Source: Adineta vaga (Eukaryota > Animalia > Rotifera). From it: 64,000 nt of DNA. Location of the stretch: assembly GCA_021613535.1 (NCBI GenBank), contig CP075492.1, positions 15,686,001-15,750,000 of the forward strand. Direction: 5' to 3'. Made by a program: the position numbers and the translations under genes. The notes under the pieces were generated by a model. It ran no database searches and was not told the DNA's origin. It saw only the letters and a program-made list of their open reading frames with translations. Shown piece by piece: positions 11,885 through 25,057 of this stretch (positions within the stretch are counted from its first letter, which is position 1; the number at the start of each line of letters is the position of its first letter).

Positions 11885-13078
11885 TTTGAGAAAAAGAAAT
11901 GCAAATTTTGAGTCATCCAGCAATAGAAATTTTCTAATATGTTTTTTACAGATCATTGAAATAATTTCATCTGACGGACATTTTTTGATGACGCAAATCC
12001 TGGATTAAACTAAACGCAATATCTTGTCATATATCGGATGTACATAAATAAGTAAATAGAAATAAACTTCTCAAATGAGTTTGTTCAAGGAGAAAAAGAA
12101 ATGATCGATACTTCTGACAGGTTTAATATGAACTTAGGGTGTTGATAATACGTCCAAAGAGATCTTTATCCATTGTAATTTGTCAAGTGGAAGCAGAAGA
12201 AAATATTTAATATCTGGTCGTTTTTTAACGCTACAAAAAATCGTACATTGAGTTATCAAAATAGCAGACGATATCTGATGACTGTTTAGTACAAAATATA
12301 TGAGTTGGAGAAAAAAATTGTTAATTCAATTCGTATAGTTCAACGAAACTGAACTACATTTTTGGTCCTATCCAGCAAAATTGAAAGAGTATTTTATCGA
12401 AGGAAATATTCAAATCTGCGATTAAAATGTTGATAAGGGTATTAGTTATTCTTTCAAGAACTTGATTTTCAATCGAGTCAGCTTAGATGTAAGAGTATTT
12501 AATACTGGAAAGATAGAAATAATCTTCTAGTTCAATAAAGACTCGACAGTCTCTTTATCTGTATTTGATCATTGTACAGAATGACAACGCAACGAAAACA
12601 ATCAATGGACTTATGGTTGACGACTTTGAAAATATATTTATTTCTTGTATGCTTAACTTTGAGTAAAAACAAGAAAAAAAGTTTTTTAACGTAGAAAGTA
12701 GAATCTTGAAGGTGTGGATAAGAGTTGAGAGAAAATGACTACCCTCACTTACATTTTGTTCATTTCACTTAATCATTCTCACACAAACAATATCAGCGTC
12801 ATCAGTTTTTCTTTTGACTTATTCACATCGATCTTTTCAAAATTGCAGAGCCACTTATTTCAGATGGCAATATTTGTTATCTCTTTTCTCTCTCTCTCTC
12901 TATTCATATTGATAAAGCGAAAAGAAAACAGAGGCAATAATATACAGTATGATATCGATTCTCTTATCGGAATCGTGTGACTAAACAGGAAAAAAATCTT
13001 TATATGTAAGTGGTAGCGATAGCTATCATTACAGTTAGTATCAGATTCTCTTCGACTACGTCAAGAAGTATATCGATA

Positions 13079-14327
13079 ATGAAATCTTTAATTCTTTTAT
13101 GTGTTATTCTTATAAGTGTGCATTGTTTCCCAACGTCGAATGAATCTTGGTCTTTATTCAAACGTGTTTTTGAAAAAGAATATTCTTCCAAGGAAGAAGA
13201 AATAAATCGGATTGTTAAAATTTTAATTGAAAAGAAAAAAGAAAGTTAATAAAGATGTATTGTATCAATAGTCGTCAAATTTGGGAAGAAAATTCGGCTA
13301 TGGTTCACAACATAATCTTGAATTTGATCTTGGTCGTCATAGTTATACACTTAAGATGAATCGATTTGGTGATATGGTAAATATATATAAAATGTAAATA
13401 GACAAAATCGTTTTCTCTTTGACTTTTTTTTTCGAAAAGACCAATGAAGAATTTCGAAAACAAATGAATGGATATAAAATGATTGCAGAGAATGAATTAA
13501 ATTCTATGAATTATGAAACATTTTCAGCATCAGCAAATCTTGTTTTACCAGATAGTGTTGGTAAATGAGTTCTTTTTGTTACTATTATTATTATTATTAT
13601 TATTATCATATTTGATGTATTGCTTACTTAAAAATATAGATTGGCGTACAAAAGGTTATGTAACATATGTCAAAGATCAAAGTCAATGTGGTTCATGTTG
13701 GGCTTTTTCAACAACTAGTGCACTTGAAGGACAACATTTTGCAAAAACATCAAAACTTGCTTGGCTTTCCGAACAAAATTTAGTTGATTGTTCACTATTG
13801 AATTTTGGATGTAATGGTGGTAATCCAGATCTTGCCTTTGATTATATTAAAGTCCATCATGGAATTGATACTGAACAGAGTTATCCATATGTAGCTCAAC
13901 GTCAATTATGTCAATCTCATAAAAAAGAAATTGGTGCTAATTTAACGGTAAAAATTTTATTTCTAAGATGAAAATAAACGATTATTTGTTTCTGATTTAT
14001 TTTTAGAGTTATACTAAAATAGAAAAACATAATGAAGCAGATCTTCAAGCTGCAATTGCTACAGTTGGCCCAATATCAGTGGCTATCGATGCTTCACAAG
14101 GCTCATTTCAATTTTATTTTGGAGTCTATGATGAACCTAATTGTTCAACGAAAAGACTCGATCATGCTGTTTTAGCGGTCGGATATGGAACATTGAATTC
14201 TACAGATTATTATATTGTTAAAAACTCGTGGGGTTCCAACTGGGGAATGCAAGGTTACATACTAATGAGTCGAAACAAACAAAATCAATGCGACATTGCC
14301 ACGTCTGCTCTTTATCCGCTTGTTTAA
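13079..14327 (+). CDS. CTSL: Cathepsin L-like papain-family cysteine protease, 5 exons
   Basis: Signal [16 protein letters not shown]; I29 propeptide (MNRFGDMTNEEF); [25 protein letters not shown]. Exons about 13079-13213, 13272-13376, 13440-13560, 13640-13947, 14007-14327. Confidence 0.88.
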
Positions 14328-14517
14328 TCGTGACTTTCTTCTTCTTTGTTTTTGAAATAAAGTCGTGAGGGTATGGGTGAGCGATTCCTCTCACATCCAT
14401 ACTATTTTTGAAAAATTATTGTTTCTTTCACAAAATAAGATGGATATTTTTTGCCCGGGTTTATTCTATATTCTACTCAGTTAGTTTGCAGAAAAATGAG
14501 AAAAAAAATTGTCCATG

Positions 14518-14760
14518 TTAGCAGCAGCAAGGATCGACACAACATTTGCGAACAACGCATGTTTTCTTCACAACTCTGACGACGGGTCGGTAGCAGACAG
14601 TCTTAGTGACGACAGTTTTCTTAACACAAGGACTACAGCAAGAATCGACACAGCATGATCCACAACCAGAACCGCAACATGAACCACATCCAGAGCCACA
14701 GCATGGATCACAGCATGAGCTGCCACAGCCAACACGGCATGATGATGAACAACAAGGCAT
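14518..14760 (-). CDS. 80-aa ultra-Cys-rich protein, copy 1
   Basis: MPCCSSSC...CCVDPCCC, 24 Cys; TATA at 14841-14848; AATAAA in the 3' UTR; seven copies differing mostly at synonymous sites. Confidence 0.85.
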   Translation of the reverse strand: MPCCSSSCRVGCGSSCCDPCCGSGCGSCCGSGCGSCCVDSCCSPCVKKTVVTKTVCYRPVVRVVKKTCVVRKCCVDPCCC

Positions 14761-14840
14761 ATTGAGATTGGTAGTGGGATGTGAAGTGAAACTAGAAGAC
14801 GATGAGAAGCAATTGATGGAAGTATGAGGAAACGTCTGCC

Positions 14841-14848
14841 TATATATA
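14841..14848 (-). promoter_or_regulatory. TATA box of Cys-rich gene copy 1 (conserved upstream of all copies)
   Basis: TATATATAGGCAGAC-like block about 80 nt upstream of the ATG in all seven copies. Confidence 0.65.
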
Positions 14849-15632
14849 CAAGAAAAGAGTAACGAAGAGAGTTGTTTTTTATTGACGAAAACAAACAATT
14901 ATTGCCCTGTTATGACGGTACTTAACATGCACATATCAGGCAAAAATATATGAGGAGAAAAAAATGTTTTGTTTCGCTCTATACAATACATCACACATCG
15001 ACCACTATGGCATATTATTATTTACTCATGCCTATTATCGATGATAGATCTTTGATGTGTGAGGGTGTGACAAAACATGGAAATTTAATTACAATAACTT
15101 CAACAGAACATCTCTGAAAGGATAAAATTCATGTGATGCATATTACGTTCGATAGTAAACGTTGTAACATTATCAAATTACGTGAATACCATAATGGAAC
15201 ACAAAAAGACATCGAGAACATGTGTAATATGCGGATAGAAGAAGAACATTGAGTGAACGTTTGAATAATGCAAAAACCGCGCATAAGTGAATGCACTGAT
15301 AGATTTTATTGGTTTAATGATCTTTGAATACCATGATTGAAGAAATATTCATACTTTCATCTACTCTCAAGATGCAAAATAAATACTCGACAATTCTACT
15401 TAGCATCTTATCTATAACAGTTAATTTTCATGATCTCTGTAGGGAGTCGAAAACTAGCAATCTTCTTCTCTTGTGTTACTTGTATTTATAGTTCATATCA
15501 TAAAATGTTCCTTTCATAAAATTCATACATCTACTTTTCGATACTAAACAATATTGATATTTTTTTGCCCGGGGTTTATTTCATGTTATGTAAAGTCAGT
15601 TTACAAAAAAATGAGAAAAAAAATTGTCCATG

Positions 15633-15874
15633 TTAGCAGCAGCAAGGATCGACGCAACATTTGCGAACAACGCATGTTTTCTTCACAACTCTGACGACGG
15701 GTCGGTAGCAGACAGTCTTAGTGACGACAGTTTTCTTAACACAAGGACTACAGCAAGAATCGACACAGCATGATCCACAACCCGAACTGCAACATGAACC
15801 ACAACCAGAGCCACAACATGGATCACAGCTGAGCTACCACAGCCAACACGACATGATGATGAACAACAGGGCAT
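15633..15874 (-). pseudogene. 80-aa ultra-Cys-rich protein, copy 2, frameshifted
   Basis: 242 nt versus 243 nt in the others; 1-nt deletion at about 15829 (gatcacagctgagc vs gatcacagcatgagc) turns GSSCC into GSSAV. Confidence 0.8.
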
Positions 15875-16989
15875 ATTGAGAATAGTAATGTAGTGTAGTA
15901 TAAAACTGGATGATGATGAGAAGTGGTTGATGAAACTGTGAGAATACGTCTGCCTATATATACATACTGAGACCGAGTAGCAAAGGTTTGTTTTCCTTTG
16001 ACAAAAAAATAATTTAATTATTACCGTATCATAAGATACCAAGCATGAACGAGTCATGCTTTATTCAGTACACCAAACAGGAACCACTATGACACATGAC
16101 TTTTCATCCATGCTTATTCGGAACGTGTTTCTTCTGGTTTTGTACAGTAGTGTAACAAAACATCGAGATTTGATTATACGTTGACTTCAACATAACAAGT
16201 CTGAAAAGTAAGAGTCATGTGATTTAGTTTTAGATTAAAAATATTGTTTACTATATTCTGCAGTACAACACAAAGACGCGTCTGAAAAGAATCGTAATAT
16301 TTCGATGGGAAAACAATCACGAAAACAATGTTGAATGAAGGTTTTGGTGATGAATGATGGCGAAGAGATGAACACACTATCATGTTCTTTTTGTTTTGAC
16401 TGAGTGTGTGTATTATCTCCTTACTTATGAAAAGGCAGATTACATGCAAAAAGTAAATCAAATTAATAAAATAACGTCGTACGAAAAGATAATTATTATT
16501 ACATAACATATTTTTTCATTGATAAATAATCAAGTAAACTATAATCACGGTGTGTTTTCGTCGATGTGACGAGTATTCTCATTCTGAAATTTCACTTATT
16601 ATTTCGTGAACAGTTGATTCTATACTTTCATATTTCCAAATAATTCCTATTACTAAAATCAACCATATTTCGTATGTAAAAGACGAGAAACTTAATTAAT
16701 CAAAGCTCGTGCAAGAATAAGTTTGTCGCATTGAACCAGTTTCTTAATGACAATAGACTCCAAAGACTCGGTGAAATTTAATAATTATACCCACTCTTTA
16801 GAAGTATTTCTATTAGTTATCGTGTTTTTTGATGGCGTGGGTGGACAGAATTTATTCTCGTCCGTACTTCACACTTTGCATAAACGATTCACTTCATATA
16901 TATTCTAGAAAATGATATTTTTCGCCCAGGTTTATTTTATATTCTACTGTGAGTTAGTTTACAGAAAAATGAGAAAAAAATTGTTCATA

Positions 16990-17232
16990 TTAGCAGCAGC
17001 AAGGATCGACACAACATTTGCGAACAACGCATGTCTTCTTCACAACTCTGACGACGGGTCGATAGCAGACTGTCTTAGTGACGACAGTTTTCTTAACACA
17101 AGGACTACAGCAAGAATCGACGCAGCATGATCCACAACCGGAACCGCAACATGAACCACAACCAGAGCCACAACATGGGTCACAGCATGAGCTACCACAG
17201 CCAACACGGCATGATGATGAACAACAAGGCAT
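16990..17232 (-). CDS. 80-aa ultra-Cys-rich protein, copy 3
   Basis: Protein identical to copy 1. Confidence 0.85.
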   Translation of the reverse strand: MPCCSSSCRVGCGSSCCDPCCGSGCGSCCGSGCGSCCVDSCCSPCVKKTVVTKTVCYRPVVRVVKKTCVVRKCCVDPCCC

Positions 17233-19164
17233 ATTGAGAGTAGTAATGGAATGTAGAGTAAAACTAGATGATGATGAGAAGTGGTTGATGAAAGTATGAG
17301 GAAACGTCTGTCTATTTATACAAGAAAAGAGAAACGAAGAAAGTTGTTTTGCGTTTGCGAAAATATATGATTAGAAAAAAGTTACGCTTCATTCAGTGCA
17401 TCAAGTACCAACCACTATCACACATTAATTTCAACTCATGCCTATTACAGCGTTTCTTCTCTGATTTGTTTGATCGTGTGAGAAACCATGGAAACGTGAT
17501 TACACATTAACTGCAACACAACAACTCTGAAGTGGCAAAAGTTATCTGATACGCTTCGTGATGAAAAATATTTCTTTTTACGTTCTATATTACAATACTG
17601 TAACTTCACCAAATTGAGAGTGTAGATGCCTCTTCTATTTCCTCACTCATCTCTATACACAATCCGCGAATTCAAATCTTCGATTTTATCATATTTTAGT
17701 TTTTTTTGTTCGGATAAAGCTTTAAGTACGTCTACGTACTTCCAAAGACATTAGTGACCTTGAAAAATATTGATAATCTTTGTGAACATGGATGTCTGTT
17801 TCTTCTCTGTCGACTTTTGTTGGAAAAAATGAGCTTATAAGTTGAATCTTCTTAGTTTCACATTGTTCAAGTTCTAAAGCTTGTTGCGCAATTTGGAGAA
17901 CTTCTTCTTCATATTATGCAGATGCATCGTATTTTTCGAGGCACGTGAATATTTCTGCTAAATTAATATAGGTATTAATTAAATCTGGATGATTATGTGG
18001 AAGATGTTTTTTCTAAATATCAAGTGCCTTCTGATTATTCAAAAATGCATCGTAATCTTTTGATTGTCAACGAATCCTGATACAATCAAAGAGACAGAAT
18101 TAGAACCGATCGCAAGTCTGTATAGAGTTTCAATTAGCAGTAAAGTGAAGTGAGAATGTCATGTAAGCGTTCTCTATTCTGTAATCAATATACGTCAACC
18201 TTTTCATAATAAAACAAGATTTTAAAAATACTTACTCTTATACTAATCTTAAAAGAAACATTTTGTTTACGTGATATTATGAATTTTGACCTCTCCTGTG
18301 TTGTTTTTCCGATAGAGATTAATTCGTACACATCCGTATTGAAACCCATATCTTCGAAGAATACGAGATATTCACACAGCACACTCTCGATGAGCAAAGT
18401 AAGGATTGCTTGACTAGACGAGCAAATAGGGATACAATAAAGAAATCTTTTTTGTTTCATTCCAAAGAAGTTCTAAAAGGCAGTCTAAATGAAGATAGAA
18501 GACGATCAAAATAAATATTCAAAAGCTTTAATTCTACGCAATGGAATTGGTCTCTTTTAGCTATGCTTGTCATCATTAGTTAGTTTGTGTGGAAGAAACT
18601 TTTCTTGTAAAAGCTTTTCTAATTCTTCTTTTAATGTCACAAAATATCTTGTCTTTTCAAAGCATTCGTAGGTTGAAAAATTGAAGTTAAACACTGTTTT
18701 TTCAAAGAAGTTGTAACTATAAGACCTATATCAGATAGAATATTATCATTCTAAAGACTAAAAGTGTAGATGGTCGAACCTCTTATAAGATTTGACGACG
18801 AACGTACAGAAATAGGAAAGAATTTTTCAGAATCTTTCCATTCTCATTCATCATTAACGGGTCAATGGATGAACTTTAGCTAGAATATGCTAAGAATAAT
18901 AAGAGGGTGTGGGTAAATGTAGTAATTCATTTTTCCTCACATCCACACCATCCCCACAGTAACCTGTTGATGATCACAATGCCAAGTCGAAAGCTCCTTA
19001 TATTCTTCTAGTGTTACTTCGGAATTCTCGATCATAGGAAAAAATGATTTTTACACCATTTCGATACTTCATATATATTCTAGAAAATGATATTTTTCGC
19101 CCGGGTTTATTTTATATTCTACTGTGAGTTAGTTTACAGAAAAATGAGAAAAAAATTGTTCATG

Positions 19165-19407
19165 TTAGCAGCAGCAAGGATCGACACAACATTTGCGAAC
19201 GACGCATGTCTTCTTCACAACTCTGACGACTGGTCGGTAGCAGACTGTCTTAGTGACGACAGTTTTCTTAACACAAGGACTACAGCAAGAATCGACGCAA
19301 CATGAACCACAACCGGAACCGCAACATGAACCACAACCAGAGCCACAACATGGATCACAACATGAGCTGCCACAGCCAACACGGCATGATGATGAACAAC
19401 AAGGCAT
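19165..19407 (-). CDS. 80-aa ultra-Cys-rich protein, copy 4
   Basis: Protein identical to copy 1, with synonymous differences. Confidence 0.85.
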   Translation of the reverse strand: MPCCSSSCRVGCGSSCCDPCCGSGCGSCCGSGCGSCCVDSCCSPCVKKTVVTKTVCYRPVVRVVKKTCVVRKCCVDPCCC

Positions 19408-20423
19408 ATTGAGAGTAGTAATGGAATGTAGAGTAAAACTAGATGATGATGAGAATTGGTTGATGAAAGTATGAGGAAACGTCTGCCTATATATACAAGA
19501 AAAGAGCACCGAAGAAAGTTGTTTCATGTTGACAAAAACAAATAATTATAACCCTGTTACGATAGTTCTTAACATACAAATGGCATGGAGAAACATGATG
19601 AGAACAGTTACACTTCATGTGGTGCATTACATCTCGATATACATGATGCATCACTTTTCACAGATGCCGGTTAATAATACCATAATTTTTACTTGTATGC
19701 GAGTGTAACAAAACATTGAAATTTGATTATACTAGAACTTTGAAAGGGTAAAAGTCATATGATGCACTTTTGATTGAAATTATTAAATTTTACGGTCTAT
19801 AATACAACGTTGTAACATTAGCAAATTATACGAATACCAGAACGTAAAACCCAAATGTATTAATAGAAAAATGTAATATATGAATATAAGGACAGCATGG
19901 AATAAATATTTTGATGATGGAAAGATGTGTAGAGATGATAGAGAATGAAATCATCAGTTTTACAACATTATGGTTCAAGAATATGATCTTACCGGTGAGA
20001 GTACTAATGATTCGTGGAGGTGTAAGGTGTAACACCGACCCTTTCTATCAAAAGAGATGATATTGATGTGTGGAAGGTAAAGAAAACACATCTAGTGGTT
20101 TTACAATTCGAATGAAAGTTAATTCCGTATGCTTAAAATACGTCGAAGAAAATTGATAACAATTAAATGTCAGTCACTCGATTGAATTAGATAGAGAGAA
20201 TTTGAAAATTTTATTTGTTGAAATATTATTTGCCACACTTGATCATTGACAAATATTTGTCTTTGCTATTCGAATTATATTCATACAATCAATTTTAACA
20301 AATTGAACGAATACCTATGTCTATTTGTATATATAAACAAGTTGAATATTTTTTGCCCGGGTTTTATTTTATATTCTATTGTGAGTCAGTTTACAGAAAT
20401 ATGAGAAAAAAAGAATGTTCTTC

Positions 20424-20666
20424 TTAGCAGCAGCAAGGATCGACACAACATTTGCGAACAACGCATGTCTTCTTCACAACTCTGACGACGGGTCGATAGC
20501 AGACTGTCTTAGTGACGACAGTTTTCTTAACACAAGGACTACAGCAAGAATCGACGCAGCATGATCCACAACCCGAACTGCAACATGAACCACAACCAGA
20601 GCCACAGCATGGATCACAACATGAGCTGCCACAGCCAACACGACATGATGATGAACAACAAGGCAT
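20424..20666 (-). CDS. 80-aa ultra-Cys-rich protein, copy 5
   Basis: G30S relative to copy 1. Confidence 0.85.
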   Translation of the reverse strand: MPCCSSSCRVGCGSSCCDPCCGSGCGSCCSSGCGSCCVDSCCSPCVKKTVVTKTVCYRPVVRVVKKTCVVRKCCVDPCCC

Positions 20667-22513
20667 ATTGAGAGTAGTAATGTAGTATAGTATAAAACTA
20701 GATGATGATGATGAGAAGTGGTTGATGAAAATATGAGAACAAGTCTGCCTATATATACAAGAAAAGAGCACCAAAGAAAGTTGTTTCATGTTGACAAAAA
20801 CAAATAATTTACGCTGTTATAATGGTACTTAAAATATACAGACGATGAAGAAACATATAAAGTATGATACATTATTTCTCACTCATGTTTATTTAGTAAC
20901 GTCTGTCCTTTGATTCGTATGATATAGTGTGAGGGAGTATCAAAATTTGATAACACATTAACTTTCACACCACAATTCGAAAGGGGTAAAAGTTATATTA
21001 TAACTTTTGATGAAAAATATTGTTCACCACGTTCCATAGTACAAAACAGTAACACTCTGAAATTGCATTGATATCATGGTGCAAAACAAAACAGCATCGA
21101 GAAAAATATGTAGTATATGGATACAAAGACAGCATAGAATGAATGTTTGACTGATGTAGAGGGGAATTCTTGAGGGTGGGTGTGGATGTGGGTCTATCAT
21201 TCATATTCCTTTGAGAACAGAAAAAGTATCTTATTTATCTGTCAACTGATAATATGTTGATATTTTCTATTTCAGGTGAAGGTATGTCAAAGACCAGATC
21301 TGTTGCTACTCATTGAATAGACTCTATAATCTAGTGTTGATCAATGGAAATCAAACATGGAAATCTCAATGAAGAATTATGAATGAATATGATGTTTGTT
21401 GTCCAGAAACAGAGATTGAATTGGACATAGTGTTACGTTGTGTATTCGAACATAACTGTAGATCCACACAAAATATTAATCAAAGTTAATAACGTTAGAG
21501 ATTTTTGTTTTATAAAACGTTCGGGTCATCTATACTTAGACGAATGACAATTAATGGCAGTTATGTTAATGAAATATTTCGTACAAAATTGTGGTGAAAT
21601 AAAATAAGAATAAACGAAAAAGAGTCGATGAAACTATGAATTAAAATGCGTGCATTTCTTATTTAATAACAATTCTAATTAAAATGTTTTATATAAAATA
21701 AATTCTACAATCTGGACTATATCTTTATCAACATTCTCAAATAATCCTATTTTATCTCAGGAAAAAACAAAAGCTCATCTATACAATCCGTATCACAATG
21801 AAGAATACTCAGCAGCATCTCGTATCCGTTGAGTAAGGCATTTGCTCATATATGAATTAGATAGTTTTAGGGAAAAAAATCAATCAATCAAAAGATTTTA
21901 AATGAGAATGATTTTTATCAAATTGACCTTTACATTTCGTATTTGATAAATACATCAGAAATGTTGTCACTATATGTTAATTTTTAGTAAAATACTACGA
22001 AGGTAAAACTACACTTTAAAAATCATATTGTAATTTTTTACTTCTCTACGTTAGTTTATCAACGAAAACGAATGGGTATAGTTGTTGATAGAATTGAAAT
22101 GTTCATTCTGGTATTATCAGTATCATCACATATTTGAGTATAATAATGGTCGCTTATTCTAAACCAATGAATAATGTCTTGACACTCATTAAATTACCAA
22201 CAATCTGCCAGGGTAATTTCTATTGGATTAAAATATGATAAAGTGCTTAGCTGCGTTGTAAATCAAGTTTTGTAGAAAAAGCAATTTGTTTTTCAAAATC
22301 CTGATATCATGTTTCCGGACTGAATTAGATAAGATCGGTACGACGAAGATATATCTCAGGGTAGTTTTATAGTTTGTATAGAAGACTTATGATAGTCGTT
22401 TTCAATGATAATTCATCAAGATATCCTTTTAAAATTGGTTAAGTTTTGAACAAAAATAATCAGAAGAATGTGTAATCTTTGAGTTAAGATGTTTGATCTT
22501 ATCATTTTTTTAG

Positions 22514-23653
22514 AGGTGTTTCTTTACGACGACGAAAATTAGCACTCATTGGTGATGTTCTCGGCATTATCATTGTAGGTTTAATTATTGCCGTCCTAGT
22601 TGTCAATTTTGTCGGTGCGTAGGAATAAATTCCATGGTCAAAAGGTTGTCTACATTCTCTTCTTTAATTTTCTTCAGTGATTAAAAAAGACAATTCAACG
22701 TGTAATGTAAAGGTTCCATATACGCCAAAAATGCTTACAACGGCTGTAGATAATACAATATCAGATTCACAAAGTGAGATGTGTGAGTATTATTTTGACT
22801 TTGAATATTATTCATTCGTTAAACATGTATAAATGAAGTAAGACGAAACTTCACGAAGCATGATTTCTCGAAGAAGTTTGAGACATACCAAATTTATCTT
22901 CAAAATCTATTTAGCAACACAATCAACAGCAACGAGAAATACCAATCGAAGTAATAGTTTTACTATTTTTATTCTTTTGATCATAGTGTAAACAAATTAC
23001 ATTCCTCTTCTTTGCTTTGAGAAAAATTTAGACACAATAGATATTTTCGTATCGTACTATACTATAATATGAAGATTAAATAAAGAACCGAACTGTGAAT
23101 TGAATCGAAGACTAACGATATATAGATAACAAGTCGTTGTGAAAATATTATAGAACAATTTTATCTAAATTTAGATATCAGTTATGGACACATAGATGGA
23201 AGTGACTTTTATGGAGGGACTGGATTGAATTCAGTACTCCTATTCAACTCGCAGGATCATTCTAACGTTGCAGGTTATATAAATAGTGTTAACGTACGAT
23301 TTTCCGAGACATTTAAAACGGAATTCACAAGAGATGGTTCTCTTTGGTTTTTCATTACGGATGGTATTAGTAAGATTAAAGGCAGATATCCAGTTATACC
23401 ATCAAACATATCATTGATTCAATCATTTTCAATACCACAACATGCATTATTTATGGAACCAAGTGATCACTCGGCAGTCTGTGCATTATCAATTAGTTCA
23501 GATTCAGATAAACTTAATAGAATAGGTTTGCAAAGAATTGGAAATTATTTTTGGAGTCCAATTAGTAGTATAACTGAAAATATACTGACACATCCAACCA
23601 TACTCGAGAGAATTAGTTTAACAGTAAGCTATGTTGTTACTTACAAATTGTAA
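22514..23653 (+). CDS. Putative multi-exon single-pass membrane protein; 5' end unresolved
   Basis: Exon at about 22514-22614 reads RRRKLALIGDVLGIIIVGLIIAVLVVNFV, followed by short exons and a ~480-nt open terminal exon ending at 23653. Confidence 0.3.
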
Positions 23654-24174
23654 ATCATTTCTTTTTCTGTTACACATCATTAAAATGCTTATAGTTATTT
23701 TTTGTGTGTCGTGGCAAATATTTCTCTATAAGTTTTCTGTAATTCTCGCTTTAAATATTTTATTTAATATATCAATTTACTTCGATTTTCATTCAAATTT
23801 TAAAAATAAATCTTCAACATTTACAGTGTCATTTTGTGTTTTTGAATCAGGTGAATTATTTTTCTAGATCGATTACAGCATATATTTTACAATGGATCCG
23901 TTCATATTCTAATTCAACCTTCAAGATTCATGTTTTTTGAGTTTTCTTATGGTTAAAAAAGATCTTATTGAGATGCCATGGTAGTTAATACTCTTTGACG
24001 ATATCTGAATGGATATAGTGAGAGAACGACAAAATTCAGAGCTGAGTGAAATCCTCATATGCGCACTCGCACTCAACCAAATATATATGTCCAGCTGTGC
24101 GATAAATGCGAATGTGAAACTGAAAGAGTGTATTAAAAAGATTACGAATAAAGCATATAAATCTATACAGCAAG

Positions 24175-24600
24175 ATGATAGAAACGCTGGTAGTGATGCT
24201 ATTAGTATCACTGATTATGGCAGTCATCAAAGCGAGTAATAGTTCACTGATAGTTCAAACACAACAAGGTATCTATATTGGTGGTCAGATAGTAATAAAT
24301 GGTACGAATGTGAATTATTGGTTTGACATACCTTATGCTCAACAACCTATCAGAAATCTTAGGTCGATGCTTTCACAATCTCCTGCTACCGCAAATAAAA
24401 CGAAATAAGCATATAATTCCAATTCTTGTCTTGAACGTATACACTCCAGAAAATGCAAATAGTTTGCCTGTTTATGTTTGAATTGATTGAGGTGGTTTCA
24501 ATGCCGGTTCTTCTATGCAGTATTATTAACTCGATCCCTATTATCATCATTACGATCAACTATCGGCATGACCTATTCGGTTTTCTAGTTGATGAAGAAT
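24175..24600 (+). pseudogene. Type-B carboxylesterase 5' remnant
   Basis: Signal peptide, VQTQQG, DIPYAQQPIRNLR, then NVYTPENANSLPVYV*ID*GGFNAGSS and ITINYR..LFGFL with stops and deletions. Confidence 0.7.
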
Positions 24601-25057
24601 CTATATGATGTTCCATGCAGTACTTTCACATCGTTTGCAAATACATATACCGGTAAATATCAATATTTATTTCAGCTTTTAATTATTTATTGAATTTTTA
24701 TTATATTGAATTCTTAAATTCTGTCTTCTCCATTCAATTCTTTACTCATGTTCTAATTGGTAATATTCATCAAATTGAGAATATGAACGTACGTATTTCT
24801 TCCTTGGTCCACATTCCCACTCTATTAAAACAAAACAAAATCAAATCAAACATATTTTGTATAAGACAACAAAATCATATTAACAAGGTTATATCACATA
24901 AGAGTTGAGGAACTCAGCAGATGCAGACAGTGACATAAAAAAAAACAGCATTCGGCACGACACTGAACTCTTTATATCAGATGCTATACTCAGATTGAAA
25001 TAAAACCAGAGACAAAAGTTTTTTTCTCAGCAAAATAATCCTCTTAGTAATAAGATA

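Noticed and set aside
13561-13639. Poly-Leu stretch in the 13513 ORF resembling a TM or signal segment
   Set aside because: It is a (TTA)n microsatellite inside cathepsin intron 3.
14606-14827. Repeated antisense ORFs MTTVFLTQGLQQESTQH(D/E)PQPEPQH (also 17078, 19253, 56120, 62828) and alternate-frame LVVHHHAVLAV ORFs
   Set aside because: Shadows of the Cys-rich CDS. The TATA box, polyA signal and synonymous-change pattern all support the MPCC frame.
14761-14898. N-terminal extensions of Cys-rich ORFs in the track (126, 120 and 121 aa versions)
   Set aside because: The extensions run through the TATA box and are absent in other copies; the shared start is MPCC.
17600-18900. 1.3-kb insert between Cys-rich copies 3 and 4, with a 91-aa ORF
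   Set aside because: Looks like decayed coding or TE sequence, but I found no recognisable motif or termini, so it is not called.
14518-20666. Firm annotation as metallothionein, or as a CRISPR-like or RiPP array
   Set aside because: No TGCRCNC metal-response element noticed upstream (non-exhaustive reading) and the Val/Lys segment is atypical. The repeats are whole eukaryotic genes with no repeat-spacer structure, leader/core layout or adjacent modifying enzymes.
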